Sequence record: NC_010821.1
Length of the DNA stretch: 64,000 nucleotides
Strand: one strand, 5' to 3'
The notes beneath the pieces are model-generated. The model did not search any database. It worked only from the letters and a program-made list of their open reading frames with translations, and had not been told where the DNA came from. Of the stretch, positions 36,550-46,123 are shown piece by piece. Position 1 is the first letter of the stretch, and every line of letters starts with the position of its first letter. Made by a program: the position numbers and the translations under genes.

Positions 36550-39500
36550 ATGGCTGATCAAAAGAAAGCTGGTATGATTTCTGGCATGTCGCCTCTGGCG
36601 GTACTGACCGGCGATGAGCTGATGGAAGTATCGTCCCGCCAGCCGGACGGTTCTTGGAAAACATTTTCTATTATCGTAAGTAAGATCCGTACCAATGCTG
36701 GTCTGTCTGCTTATGAAGTTGCCGTAGTTAACGGTTTTGTGGGTACTCAAGCTGAATGGCTTGAATCCCTTAATGGTAAATCTGCTTATCAAGTAGCAGT
36801 AGAACTTGGTTATGTCGGTACTGAGGCCGAATGGCTCGAGTCACTCGTAGGTAAATCGGCATACGAAGATGCCGTCGCCCAAGGTTACAATGGCACACTG
36901 TCCGAATGGCTTAACAGTCTCAAAGGGCAGTCAGCGTACCAAATCGCAGTAGCTAATGGTTTTGTTGGCACAGAAGCGGCGTGGCTTGAATCCCTTAAAG
37001 GTCAGTCGGCCTATCAACTGGCTAAGATCATTGATCCAACCGTTGGTACTGAAGAAGAATGGCTAGCAACGCTGGTAGGTAAATCGGCTTATCAGGTCGC
37101 ACTGGACAATGGTTTTGTTGGCACTGAAGCCGCTTGGTTGAAATCCTTGGAAGGTAAATCTTCTTATCAGGTATGGTTATCCATTCCAGGTAACGAAGAC
37201 AAGACCGAAGTAGAGTTCATCGAGGCCATCACAGGCCAGCAAGGTGAAGATGGTAAATCGGCCTACGAAGTGTGGGTTGAGTTACCTGGCAATGCTGGTA
37301 AAACAGAAGCTGAGTTCTTCGAATCGCTTAAAGGCGAGGGGATGACTCAGGCTAAACTGCAAGAACTGCTGGATCTTGGTTATTACACCACCGAAGGTAA
37401 GTTCGTAGTTAAAGGTACCAACAGTGGTATCGTGTCTAACGCCGGTTACCTGAACTTCCTATTCCTGTTTGACAAGCGTCTGAACAACGTTGATTCTTCC
37501 GACCCAGACAAAGTACCGCAACGGTCTGTCGAAATGGGTCGTATGGAAGCAGAGGGTTACTCTTACTGGAAGAATAGCTCGGCACCATCGGACGAAGGTA
37601 CCCTTCCAGCAGTACCAAACTCCGAAGTTCGGCTGTATGACAACGGCCATTTCCAAATTGGTAGCCTGACTGAATACGTTGATTTCGGTGACGGTAGTAA
37701 AGTAACGGTAGTTACTCCAGCCGGTACTAATACCTACGATCTGGCTGAAGCCACTCAAGGTAGCGATGGTAAGTCGGCTTATCAAATCGCAGTAGATAAT
37801 GGATTCACTGGTACTGAAGCAGAATGGCTGCTCAGTCTCAAGGGTACCAACGGTACGAATGGCACCGACGGGACTGATGGACAATCGACATACCAATTAT
37901 GGGAATCCCAAGCTGGTAACCAAGGTAAGTCGGAAGCTGAGTTCCTAGCCTCCATTAAAGGTGAACCGGGCGAGTCAGCTTATCAGCAAGCAGTCGATGA
38001 GGGTTTTGTTGGTACGATTACCGAATGGTTGGCTAGTCTTAAAGGTGACGATGGCCAATCGGCCTATCAGCTTTGGGAAGCTCTCCCAGCCAATACCGGT
38101 AAATCCGAAGAAGAATTCCTTACCAGTCTTGAAGGCGAGTCAGCGTATCAGGTCTGGCTTGGCCAACCGGGTAATGCTGGTAAAACAGAAGTTGAATTTA
38201 TCGCATCCCTGAAAGGGGCTCGTGGTGAACAAGGTTTGTCAGCTTACCAGATTTGGATCAATGCTGGTAACACAGGTAGCGAAGCTGAGTATCTGGCTAG
38301 CCTGAAAGGTCGTGACGGTACTAATGGTACCAACGGCACGAATGGTGAAGACGGCGCAGGTCTCAATGTAGTGGCTACTGTTAGTCAAGAAGACTTCGAC
38401 CAGATCGTACAAGATGGTACCTCGGTACTTGGTGACGCCTATTTCGTAGGCGAGTTCATGTACGTGTTCAACGGTACCGACTGGGTTAAGTCTAACAGCT
38501 TGCAAGGTCCTACCGGTAAAGGTCTGAACTATCTGGGAGTGTGGCCTAACGGTCAGGCTCTGCCATTGGGTCCTACCTATAACGCTGGCGACACCTACAT
38601 GTGGCAAAACAACATGTGGACGCTGATGGAACAGCCTACCCGTGCGTGGGTTGCTACTGGTGTTCCTGGCCCCGCTGGTAAATCTGCCTATCAGGTCTGG
38701 TTGGAACAGCCTGGTAATGCTGGTAAGACTGAAGCGGAATACATTGCCAGTCTGAAAGGTGACAAGGGTGATGAAGGCGACGTCGGTCCAGATGGTCTCT
38801 CCGCTTACCAAGTATGGTTAGCTCTTCCGGGTAATGCTGGTAAGACTGAAGCGGAATACATTGCATCCCTCAAAGGTGCAAAAGGTGATCCTGCTGCGGC
38901 ATTCGAAATCGTTGATCAACTGACCAACGTATCTGAACTGCCTCGACCAGGTACTCCTGCCAATGCATACTACGTTGGTAAAGACCTGTACGTTTGGTTT
39001 GATTCGAAGTCGGACTACGAGAACCTCGGTTCCCTGGATGGCGCTTCCGCTTACCAAATCTGGCTTGAGAACGGCGGTGTTGGTACTGAAGCTGACTTCC
39101 TTGCTTCGCTGAAAGGTACAGATGGCACTAACGGTACGAACGGGACCAATGGTACAGATGGTAAGAACCTGCAAGTAAATGGTACTCAGGCTAACGAAGC
39201 GGCTATTAAAGCATTGCCTGATCCTGTTAGTCAGGATGCATGGGTTGCTGACGATACTGGTAATCTGTGGATCTACAACGGCACCGATTGGTTTGACGCT
39301 GGTCCATTCCGTGGTCCAAAAGGTGAAGACGGTACAGATGGTACCGACGGCACTAATGGTCAATCGACCTACGAATTGTGGGTAGAACAGCCAGGTAACG
39401 CAGGTAAAACAGAAGCTGAGTTCTTGGCTAGCCTGAAAGGCGCTGATGGTACCGACGGTACGAATGGTACTGATGGGCGTAACGTTACCGTGCTTGGTGG

Positions 39501-40992
39501 ATTGTCGTCACTAGGTTCTATCATTGCTCAACCAAATCCTGCTCAGCAGGATGCATGGACTGCAATGGATACTGGTCGTCTGTATATGTACATCGGTACT
39601 ACGTGGACTGACCTTGGTCAATTCCGAGGTAATCCTGGTGCCCAAGGCGAGCAGGGTGTTGCTGGTCAAGGTCTTGTGATCGTACAAGAAGTTGAGCTGC
39701 TTACTGACCTCCCAGCGGCTTCGACTCTTCGCCCAGGTGACGCAGTCTATGTACTGGAAGATCATAAACTGTATCAAGTGAACGATGCTGGTGTATATGG
39801 TCCCGGTATTCAGATCCAAGGCCCTCAAGGTGCGGATGGTGAAATGGGGCCTCAAGGTCCAGCGGGTACCTCCATTACCATCATGGGTTCGTTTGCTGAT
39901 CTTACAGCCCTGCAAGCCGCACACCCTACCGGTGTAGCCGGTGAAGGTTACCTGATCGGTGACGATCTGTACCTGTATGGTGTTAACCCAACTGGCGGTG
40001 CTACCGAGTGGTACAACGCAGGTCCTGTACGTGGTCCCCAAGGCCTTCAGGGTAACCCAGGCCCTCGTGGTCTGCGTGGCTTGATCGGTGAGACTGGTGA
40101 ACGTGGTTCGTTGTGGCTGGTACTGCCTGAAGGTACCGATACGCCAACACCTGAATATGGTCGGTCCGGTGACTGGGCAGTTAACTCGCAGTTCGACTCG
40201 TTCTACAAGGACGCTTCGACTGGCTGGGCACTGATCGGTCGTCTGGTTGCGGGTGACGTTAACTCACCTCTCCCAGGCCTCGGTAAAGTAGTTCGTGAGG
40301 GTACTGAGTGGGTACCGTTGCCAATCGATGAAGTAACTAGTCCTGTAGTAGGTACTCAATACGTACGTGTTGGTATCGCGGGCGGTAAAACTCAATGGGC
40401 TACACTGACGCTTCCATCAGCAGGTGTACCTGAAGTTCCAGCTAACACTACGGTCCCACAGGGTCGTACCTCTGCTGGATGGGTTGCCGTACTGGCTGCC
40501 CCAACAGGTCAAGTTGCAACTACCCGTTACGAATTGCTTAACGGTGTATTCGTAGCTTCGGCAGTTCAAGCAGCAGCGCCTAGCACTACCGATACAGCGC
40601 TGTGCTATTCGGTGACCTCGGCGGGCGTCGGTTCGTGGGTAACTCCAACGTTTAACCGCTACTCGCTGTTGCAGGATACTGCTGCCCGTAACGGTAACTT
40701 CACCCCAGACTTCTCAGTACAACAGACCTTCCGTATTAACGGTGGTACTGGCTCTAACCCGACTGCGGTGACTTTGCCTGCTGGCACTACTGCACGCACT
40801 ATGTTGGCAGTGTTTGTGGTACAAGGTAACACTAACAAGCTTTCGTTTGTTGCTGGTACCGGTAGCCCAACCATTGGATACAACAACGGTGTTGCAGCAG
40901 CTGACATCGAGTACGGTGCTACCCAGACTGTGATTACTGCATTCTGGAACGGCTTCGGCGGCTGGATCATCTCCAAGGGTCCTTCCTACTAA
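36550..40992 (+). CDS. long fibre protein with SAY repeats and collagen-like G-X-Y segments (phiKZ gp145/146-like)
   Basis: 18 G.S[AST]Y..W/A...G..G.EAE.L.SL.G repeats, G-X-Y runs, 8 aromatic GD.Y...LY modules, C-terminal beta domain. Confidence 0.85.
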   Translation: MADQKKAGMISGMSPLAVLTGDELMEVSSRQPDGSWKTFSIIVSKIRTNAGLSAYEVAVVNGFVGTQAEWLESLNGKSAYQVAVELGYVGTEAEWLESLVGKSAYEDAVAQGYNGTLSEWLNSLKGQSAYQIAVANGFVGTEAAWLESLKGQSAYQLAKIIDPTVGTEEEWLATLVGKSAYQVALDNGFVGTEAAWLKSLEGKSSYQVWLSIPGNEDKTEVEFIEAITGQQGEDGKSAYEVWVELPGNAGKTEAEFFESLKGEGMTQAKLQELLDLGYYTTEGKFVVKGTNSGIVSNAGYLNFLFLFDKRLNNVDSSDPDKVPQRSVEMGRMEAEGYSYWKNSSAPSDEGTLPAVPNSEVRLYDNGHFQIGSLTEYVDFGDGSKVTVVTPAGTNTYDLAEATQGSDGKSAYQIAVDNGFTGTEAEWLLSLKGTNGTNGTDGTDGQSTYQLWESQAGNQGKSEAEFLASIKGEPGESAYQQAVDEGFVGTITEWLASLKGDDGQSAYQLWEALPANTGKSEEEFLTSLEGESAYQVWLGQPGNAGKTEVEFIASLKGARGEQGLSAYQIWINAGNTGSEAEYLASLKGRDGTNGTNGTNGEDGAGLNVVATVSQEDFDQIVQDGTSVLGDAYFVGEFMYVFNGTDWVKSNSLQGPTGKGLNYLGVWPNGQALPLGPTYNAGDTYMWQNNMWTLMEQPTRAWVATGVPGPAGKSAYQVWLEQPGNAGKTEAEYIASLKGDKGDEGDVGPDGLSAYQVWLALPGNAGKTEAEYIASLKGAKGDPAAAFEIVDQLTNVSELPRPGTPANAYYVGKDLYVWFDSKSDYENLGSLDGASAYQIWLENGGVGTEADFLASLKGTDGTNGTNGTNGTDGKNLQVNGTQANEAAIKALPDPVSQDAWVADDTGNLWIYNGTDWFDAGPFRGPKGEDGTDGTDGTNGQSTYELWVEQPGNAGKTEAEFLASLKGADGTDGTNGTDGRNVTVLGGLSSLGSIIAQPNPAQQDAWTAMDTGRLYMYIGTTWTDLGQFRGNPGAQGEQGVAGQGLVIVQEVELLTDLPAASTLRPGDAVYVLEDHKLYQVNDAGVYGPGIQIQGPQGADGEMGPQGPAGTSITIMGSFADLTALQAAHPTGVAGEGYLIGDDLYLYGVNPTGGATEWYNAGPVRGPQGLQGNPGPRGLRGLIGETGERGSLWLVLPEGTDTPTPEYGRSGDWAVNSQFDSFYKDASTGWALIGRLVAGDVNSPLPGLGKVVREGTEWVPLPIDEVTSPVVGTQYVRVGIAGGKTQWATLTLPSAGVPEVPANTTVPQGRTSAGWVAVLAAPTGQVATTRYELLNGVFVASAVQAAAPSTTDTALCYSVTSAGVGSWVTPTFNRYSLLQDTAARNGNFTPDFSVQQTFRINGGTGSNPTAVTLPAGTTARTMLAVFVVQGNTNKLSFVAGTGSPTIGYNNGVAAADIEYGATQTVITAFWNGFGGWIISKGPSY
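38713..38864 (+). repeat. exact 35-bp direct repeat
   Basis: GGTAATGCTGGTAAGACTGAAGCGGAATACATTGC at 38713-38747 and 38830-38864. Confidence 0.9.
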
Positions 40993-41033
40993 GACGACAT
41001 AAAGCCCCTCCTCACGGAGGGGCTTTATGCTGT
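40993..41033. terminator. bidirectional stem-loop
   Basis: CATAAAGCCCCTCC-TCAC-GGAGGGGCTTTATG, perfect 14-bp stem between convergent genes. Confidence 0.85.
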
Positions 41034-41758
41034 TACTTACCATGAACGCTCATCACACTGAAGTATTTAGAGTCGATGAACTCAAAGTCCATGTGTAAGA
41101 GATTCAACATACGGAATGCATTCAGTGATGCCTGCTTCTGGTCAATTGGCGTTTCACTTACGTCCTGCTCAAAGATCTTTGGAGCGATAAAGTTAAAGCA
41201 GTTAAGTTTAACTTTCTCTAACTCAGGTTTATGCATTTTAATCCATTCAGGAAATTCATACATAACACAAGCGGCAAAGTTTTCATTCATTAACTGTGGA
41301 GTCAATTCAGTCATTGGGATACTAACCAACTCAATAGTCAGGGAATCACCGTACAGCTGATGGAATATATCTTCAAGCCAGTCAAGTTCAGTTGAGTTCA
41401 GAACGTATGGCCAGTAGTTAACAGTCATACCCACCGACGTCAAAGGATCAGCCATTTGATTTAAACGGTTGATATGATCGTCAGTTAACAACCTAAGGAT
41501 GAATGGAACAATCCCCGTACGGATAGACCCAGCTAGCGTGGCTTGTGTATTATCGCCGCCACGCTGAGCGTAGGCTTGGGCAAACTCCTCGTTGCTAATG
41601 AGTCCACCACTTAGTCTATCCCAGAAATCATTTTCACGAAGCCAGTATTCTTTATTATTGATAATGGCTTCAGCAGCAGCTGGGTTAATACGGTTGATTG
41701 TACCCAGTCGTGTGTCTAGATGAATGTCTAGTGGAGTAAGGATACGTTTTAATTGCAT
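41033..41758 (-). CDS. conserved HAD-like-fold protein (phiKZ gp147 position)
   Basis: N-terminal ILTPLDIHLDTRLG resembles a degenerate HAD motif I. Confidence 0.55.
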   Translation of the reverse strand: MQLKRILTPLDIHLDTRLGTINRINPAAAEAIINNKEYWLRENDFWDRLSGGLISNEEFAQAYAQRGGDNTQATLAGSIRTGIVPFILRLLTDDHINRLNQMADPLTSVGMTVNYWPYVLNSTELDWLEDIFHQLYGDSLTIELVSIPMTELTPQLMNENFAACVMYEFPEWIKMHKPELEKVKLNCFNFIAPKIFEQDVSETPIDQKQASLNAFRMLNLLHMDFEFIDSKYFSVMSVHGK

Positions 41759-41760
41759 GA

Positions 41761-42222
41761 TTAACTCTTTTGAGCGTATTCTAAAGTAGTCTCTAATACA
41801 ACTCGCATGTTAGTAGTTGCATACACTACAAAGAACAACCAGTAGTTATCTTTAAGGATCTCGACCAAGTCATGATGTTCAACAGCTTTACCAATTGTTT
41901 CATCATCAACGATCATACTCTTACTGGTGAACGGGATTAATCGTGGTACCATTTGTTCAATGACTTCATCGATGTTATCCACACCCTGCAAGAAGGTAGC
42001 CGTAGTACTGATCAAGGTCTGTTGCATTGAGGTAGGTTTGCGGAACTTTTCCCAAACATACTTTTCAACGTATTTAGAATCCATCATTAGCAAATTGAGA
42101 TCTGAACGGATACCATTCAAGATCTCAATAAACCCAGCACTGTGTGCACTGTCTTCACTTAAGAACAATTCATGGATGGACTCAGTTAACGCAGTACGCA
42201 TTTGTTGATTAGCTTCGTGCAT
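41761..42222 (-). CDS. conserved hypothetical protein
   Basis: Track start 42333 overlaps the RNAP gene; ATG at 42222 abuts the upstream stop. Confidence 0.7.
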   Translation of the reverse strand: MHEANQQMRTALTESIHELFLSEDSAHSAGFIEILNGIRSDLNLLMMDSKYVEKYVWEKFRKPTSMQQTLISTTATFLQGVDNIDEVIEQMVPRLIPFTSKSMIVDDETIGKAVEHHDLVEILKDNYWLFFVVYATTNMRVVLETTLEYAQKS

Positions 42223-42223
42223 A

Positions 42224-42898
42224 TTAAACCAAGTTGTTAGCAAGATGCTGAGCCTTGAGGTAAACCGAAAGAGTCTTGTTAGACTTAACAGTTGAGTCGA
42301 ACTCAGACATAATGGAGTTAATGGAAGCCTCACCAGTTTCGATAATAGATCGGTTCATAGCAAGGTATGCTTGTTCGTCACCACCACGACATTTGATCAA
42401 TTCACGGATCATACTGTGCAGGCCTTTAGAGGCGTTAACCTGAAGCTCAGGAGCGGACAACCTAGCGCCTTTAGAGTCACCGGTAGGCTGACCTGTACGT
42501 TGATCGACAACGTGGTTAGAAGAAGGGATAGAGGCCTTCTTAACGAGCATCTGAACTTGCCTACGGAAAGGTACGATGCCAACCATGTGCTTGTTGGCCG
42601 TTTTATAGACCTGACCAGTTTGTTGGTCCGTTAGGATCAGATGTTGGAACAGTTCAAACTCTAGTTCATCAGCGATATCGTAGATACGCTTCATCTGTAG
42701 AGTTTGTTCCTGTAGGTTCGGTGCGTAAAGAGCCATGATCTCGACATCTGTTTCCAGATTCGCAATCCACTGCTCGAAGTCTTTATCTGACATTCGAGCA
42801 AACAGTTCTTCATAGACCTTCACGTTATCTGAACCGGGAAGGAATTTGTCAATAAAATACAAGGCTTCTTTTTCAGCCTTCTTACGATCGATAGCCAT
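42224..42898 (-). CDS. virion RNA polymerase beta subunit, C-terminal part (phiKZ gp149-like)
   Basis: 224 aa; G..PFRRQ.Q...KK, TGQPTG.SKG.RLS.PE (cf. beta GQRFGEME), ELIKCRGGD. Confidence 0.88.
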   Translation of the reverse strand: MAIDRKKAEKEALYFIDKFLPGSDNVKVYEELFARMSDKDFEQWIANLETDVEIMALYAPNLQEQTLQMKRIYDIADELEFELFQHLILTDQQTGQVYKTANKHMVGIVPFRRQVQMLVKKASIPSSNHVVDQRTGQPTGDSKGARLSAPELQVNASKGLHSMIRELIKCRGGDEQAYLAMNRSIIETGEASINSIMSEFDSTVKSNKTLSVYLKAQHLANNLV

Positions 42899-42918
42899 GG
42901 TTAGCTCCAGTTAAAGAA

Positions 42919-43245
42919 TCATAGGATAGAATCCTTAGACTGACACTTGTACATTGGAGCTGCGGCGGTATCGGTACATGCAGGCAGTCTACGCTTACTC
43001 AGGTAAGGTAGTACATTAGCAGTGAAACTACCGATCCACTGCTCAAAAGAATCTGTTTCCAAAAGCGACGCTCGCAATTGAATTGTATCAGCACTGTATT
43101 GCGCCAGTACACCATGAAAGAAATTGTTCAGGGCAGCAATACTATCACAAGAACCCATCCGACGATAAATGTCTTCAGATAGTTCAACGTCACGACCACG
43201 CAAGGCAGTGACAACTAATTGTTTGTAATCGGGTTGAGTTGACAT
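42919..43245 (-). CDS. hypothetical protein
   Basis: 108 aa ORF in the conserved block; AGGT RBS. Confidence 0.7.
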   Translation of the reverse strand: MSTQPDYKQLVVTALRGRDVELSEDIYRRMGSCDSIAALNNFFHGVLAQYSADTIQLRASLLETDSFEQWIGSFTANVLPYLSKRRLPACTDTAAAPMYKCQSKDSIL

Positions 43246-43251
43246 ATAAAC

Positions 43252-43599
43252 CTACTTTATTTCACCACGGTAGATGCACTCCGTGTGTTTATCTAAAAAC
43301 TTGACTAATAAATGTCGGTGACAGAACTTGCCTGGACGGCAGTAACACCCGACTGCTAAAACTTCTACATTAAATAGCTCACTGAAGTATTCTGGAAATT
43401 CAATGAGCCGGTCCTCTAGTAACTGGTTGTAGCCCTTCGTGTAATCGGCTTCAGATAAACCGTTGTACTTATAGGCTGCCAAAAGAGTCCACGTGGGAGC
43501 TAACATCCAATCACCTGACTTAATACTGGTGTCCATGTAGGGCACACCTAAGTCCATAACCTTCCGAACATTTGACAGCTGATAAGTATAAACTTCCAT
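43252..43599 (-). CDS. DUF488/DUF4326-like protein
   Basis: LAPTW.LL and GCYCRPGKFCHRHLL motifs. Confidence 0.65.
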   Translation of the reverse strand: MEVYTYQLSNVRKVMDLGVPYMDTSIKSGDWMLAPTWTLLAAYKYNGLSEADYTKGYNQLLEDRLIEFPEYFSELFNVEVLAVGCYCRPGKFCHRHLLVKFLDKHTECIYRGEIK

Positions 43600-43607
43600 T
43601 AGCTCAC

Positions 43608-44489
43608 TCAGTCATCTGGACATTCACATTTAAGAGCGCCACCATTTTGGTAGACTGTACGGGTATCGCAAGTACCACACAACCAAGACTTACCGCCCAT
43701 ACGTGCAGCCATTTCTTTGGCTACTGCACCAGCAACGTTAGCCAGGTCCTCATCGTCCATGTATTCCAGTTCGTCTAGATGGGTATTACGACAAATTGGA
43801 CGGAGATCACCATCACGAATACCATTGAAAACTACACGTGGTGGACGGTTCATCCAGTTAGGATCATAAGGAGTCGGCCGACCATCAGTAGTAAGAGCTA
43901 GCTCGCCTTTCTTAAAGAGGTGCTGACTACCGCTACCCAACTTGATGTCAAATACAGCTGAATCATGCTGATACCTTTTCCAATTAGGATCGTCCTGATA
44001 GATGCGCTCACCCGCTTCGGTCAGGATAGGGTCACCGACTTGGTGCAAAACCACCAATCTTAGATAAGGATGATTCTCCGGGTTTTGTTCGACGAGAAGA
44101 TTACCCGCTTCATCTCTTTTGTACACCGGGTGGGTATAGACTTCATACTTGCGTTCTTTTGGAGTATCGATGTGCGTTTCATTACCTTGACCGTCAATTA
44201 CAATCGCCATTTCTTTTTCCTTGATCGGAATTGCTTTATTAGCATAGTTAAGTTTAAGTTCGCCTTGACGACGGCGAAGTTTTCGCTTTAATCCAAAAAG
44301 ACTAACGTCGTAAACATCTTCGTGATAACGTTCGTGTTTAGTAGAGCGCCAAGGAACCTTCTTGCCATTAGTATCGATTACAGCATCACCGACTTTAACG
44401 CCATGTGGACCCCAAAGATCTTTTGTATGGTATTCAAACTCTCGCCGAGGTACCTCGATAAGACCGCCGGCTCCTAACTCAAGTATCAT
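43608..44489 (-). CDS. hypothetical protein with short internal repeats and C-terminal Cys cluster
   Basis: ORF track 43608..44501 (TTG); ATG at 44489; repeats K/Q-V/K-G-D/E...G; CGTC..CEC at the end. Confidence 0.7.
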   Translation of the reverse strand: MILELGAGGLIEVPRREFEYHTKDLWGPHGVKVGDAVIDTNGKKVPWRSTKHERYHEDVYDVSLFGLKRKLRRRQGELKLNYANKAIPIKEKEMAIVIDGQGNETHIDTPKERKYEVYTHPVYKRDEAGNLLVEQNPENHPYLRLVVLHQVGDPILTEAGERIYQDDPNWKRYQHDSAVFDIKLGSGSQHLFKKGELALTTDGRPTPYDPNWMNRPPRVVFNGIRDGDLRPICRNTHLDELEYMDDEDLANVAGAVAKEMAARMGGKSWLCGTCDTRTVYQNGGALKCECPDD

Positions 44490-44512
44490 AAACCGTTCCA
44501 ATGTAAGTTGTA

Positions 44513-44548
44513 ATAGACCCGCGCCGAAGCGCGGATCGTTTATGCCGC
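44513..44548 (-). terminator. terminator after uvsX
   Basis: Minus strand GCATAAAC-GATCCGCGC-TTCG-GCGCGGGTC. Confidence 0.75.
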
Positions 44549-46003
44549 CTTAGCGAGCGCTCGTGGGGTGATAGCCGCTTGTTCAGCGTCAGACATCCAG
44601 TAAGGTTTGTAAAGGCCCTTACGCATCCGCAGGAGGTCGTACGTGGACAGGAACTTCTTCTCATTAAGATGTTCGTCTTCTTCGCACATCCAATACCCAC
44701 GAGTCTTATTGAGAATCACATCCCAATCATAACCCATGGCTTTGAGGTCTTCGTAAAGAGCTTTAGGTGTGCAAACTTCTTCAGGGTTATCGGTAGGACC
44801 ATTAGCCCCTTCCAGAACCCAGCGTTGGAATACGATCAACTGAAGCATTTCAGATTGAATCTCCGCTGCACGTTGCAGACTACGCGATTCTTCCAGTTTC
44901 TTACGGACAGTAGTTCGAGACAGCTTGACGTCAGGACAAAGTTCAAGGTAGTAGTTCATCAGGTTACCACCAATCCCCCAGTCGGCTTCTTTACAGTAGT
45001 CGAATTCAGACAGGGATGGTTTAATACCTTCAGACTGTGCAACAAGAATGTTGAATGGTAGATCCGAGATACCATTCTTACCACGCAGGTTCTTAACTTC
45101 CAAGCAACGTAGGTCAGAGTCACCTTGGATCGCCGTAGAGTTATCCAATGGATACTGAGGCATCTTGTCTTTGTTCAACAGTGGTTTGTTGGACAGGATT
45201 TCCCAAACGTTGTTAGGTAGCGAATAGAAGCCGTTAGACACACCTGCAATGGTAGTACCTTTCTTCTGACCAGACAACTTACGTTTGTCAGCAGCGTAGG
45301 GGTCCATCTCGATCACGTCAGCAACGTGAGCTGTCAGCAGCATGTAGGTGTTAGACTTAGCACACAACTGAGGTAGTTGACCAAACAACTGAGCCTTAGC
45401 TTTACCGTTAGCCATGGCGTCCATGTTCAAGCCGCTGCTACCGATAGCATTCTTCTCATACATCGTTGCTACAGCACTAACTTGGAACTTGGAGAACGAG
45501 TCGATGAACCCTACGGTTGGGTACAGGAACTTCTTAGAGTTACCATTGATATCCAAGAATGGACTAGTGCGAAGATAGGTCTTAGATTCTTTCTCTTTTA
45601 CACTCAGTGCATCACGGAACTGTTTGAAGAAATCATCACCAGTGTAACGAGACAAGTCGGTGAAGGTAAACTGTTCGTCATTGACCCAGTCGATATCACG
45701 GAGCTCATCATAGTACTCGCCAATAGTAGACAAGCGACTATGGGGTGTCAATGTACCTTCTGTATCGTAGGTCAGCGCATAGCTGCCTGGAAAGGCACGA
45801 CGGACCATTGCAAGCATGTACATGCAGATGGCCGATTTAAAGTTGTTAGGGCGAGAGCTTACCCCCGTCAGAGATCCAAGACCTCCGTTGAGAATCATCT
45901 CACCGTGTTTACCCTGTTCATACTTACCTGTTGGGATATCCATCAGGCAGCCAATGTTAATAGCTGGCCGGAACGCGGGCTTTTCAAAATGGTTTGCAAA
46001 CAT
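44540..46003 (-). CDS. uvsX: UvsX/RecA-like recombinase (phiKZ gp152-like)
   Basis: P-loop variant GVSSRPNNFKS, YDTE, GFIDSFS (Walker B), LTAHV, KNLRGK. Confidence 0.88.
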   Translation of the reverse strand: MFANHFEKPAFRPAINIGCLMDIPTGKYEQGKHGEMILNGGLGSLTGVSSRPNNFKSAICMYMLAMVRRAFPGSYALTYDTEGTLTPHSRLSTIGEYYDELRDIDWVNDEQFTFTDLSRYTGDDFFKQFRDALSVKEKESKTYLRTSPFLDINGNSKKFLYPTVGFIDSFSKFQVSAVATMYEKNAIGSSGLNMDAMANGKAKAQLFGQLPQLCAKSNTYMLLTAHVADVIEMDPYAADKRKLSGQKKGTTIAGVSNGFYSLPNNVWEILSNKPLLNKDKMPQYPLDNSTAIQGDSDLRCLEVKNLRGKNGISDLPFNILVAQSEGIKPSLSEFDYCKEADWGIGGNLMNYYLELCPDVKLSRTTVRKKLEESRSLQRAAEIQSEMLQLIVFQRWVLEGANGPTDNPEEVCTPKALYEDLKAMGYDWDVILNKTRGYWMCEEDEHLNEKKFLSTYDLLRMRKGLYKPYWMSDAEQAAITPRALAKAA

Positions 46004-46028
46004 TTTTGAGTTTTCCTTTAAGAGTGTT

Positions 46029-46078
46029 AACTACATAAAGTATCAACTACGGTAATTTAATCCGCTTATTTTATGTTA
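46029..46078. promoter_or_regulatory. divergent late-promoter-like TATG cores
   Basis: CTTTATGTAG on minus (46031-46040) toward uvsX; TTTATGTTA on plus (46070-46078) toward the virion gene. Confidence 0.4.
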
Positions 46079-46123
46079 ACAGTGTCGCGACTGTGTTTAA
46101 TAATTTTTATAAGGTACCTTAAA

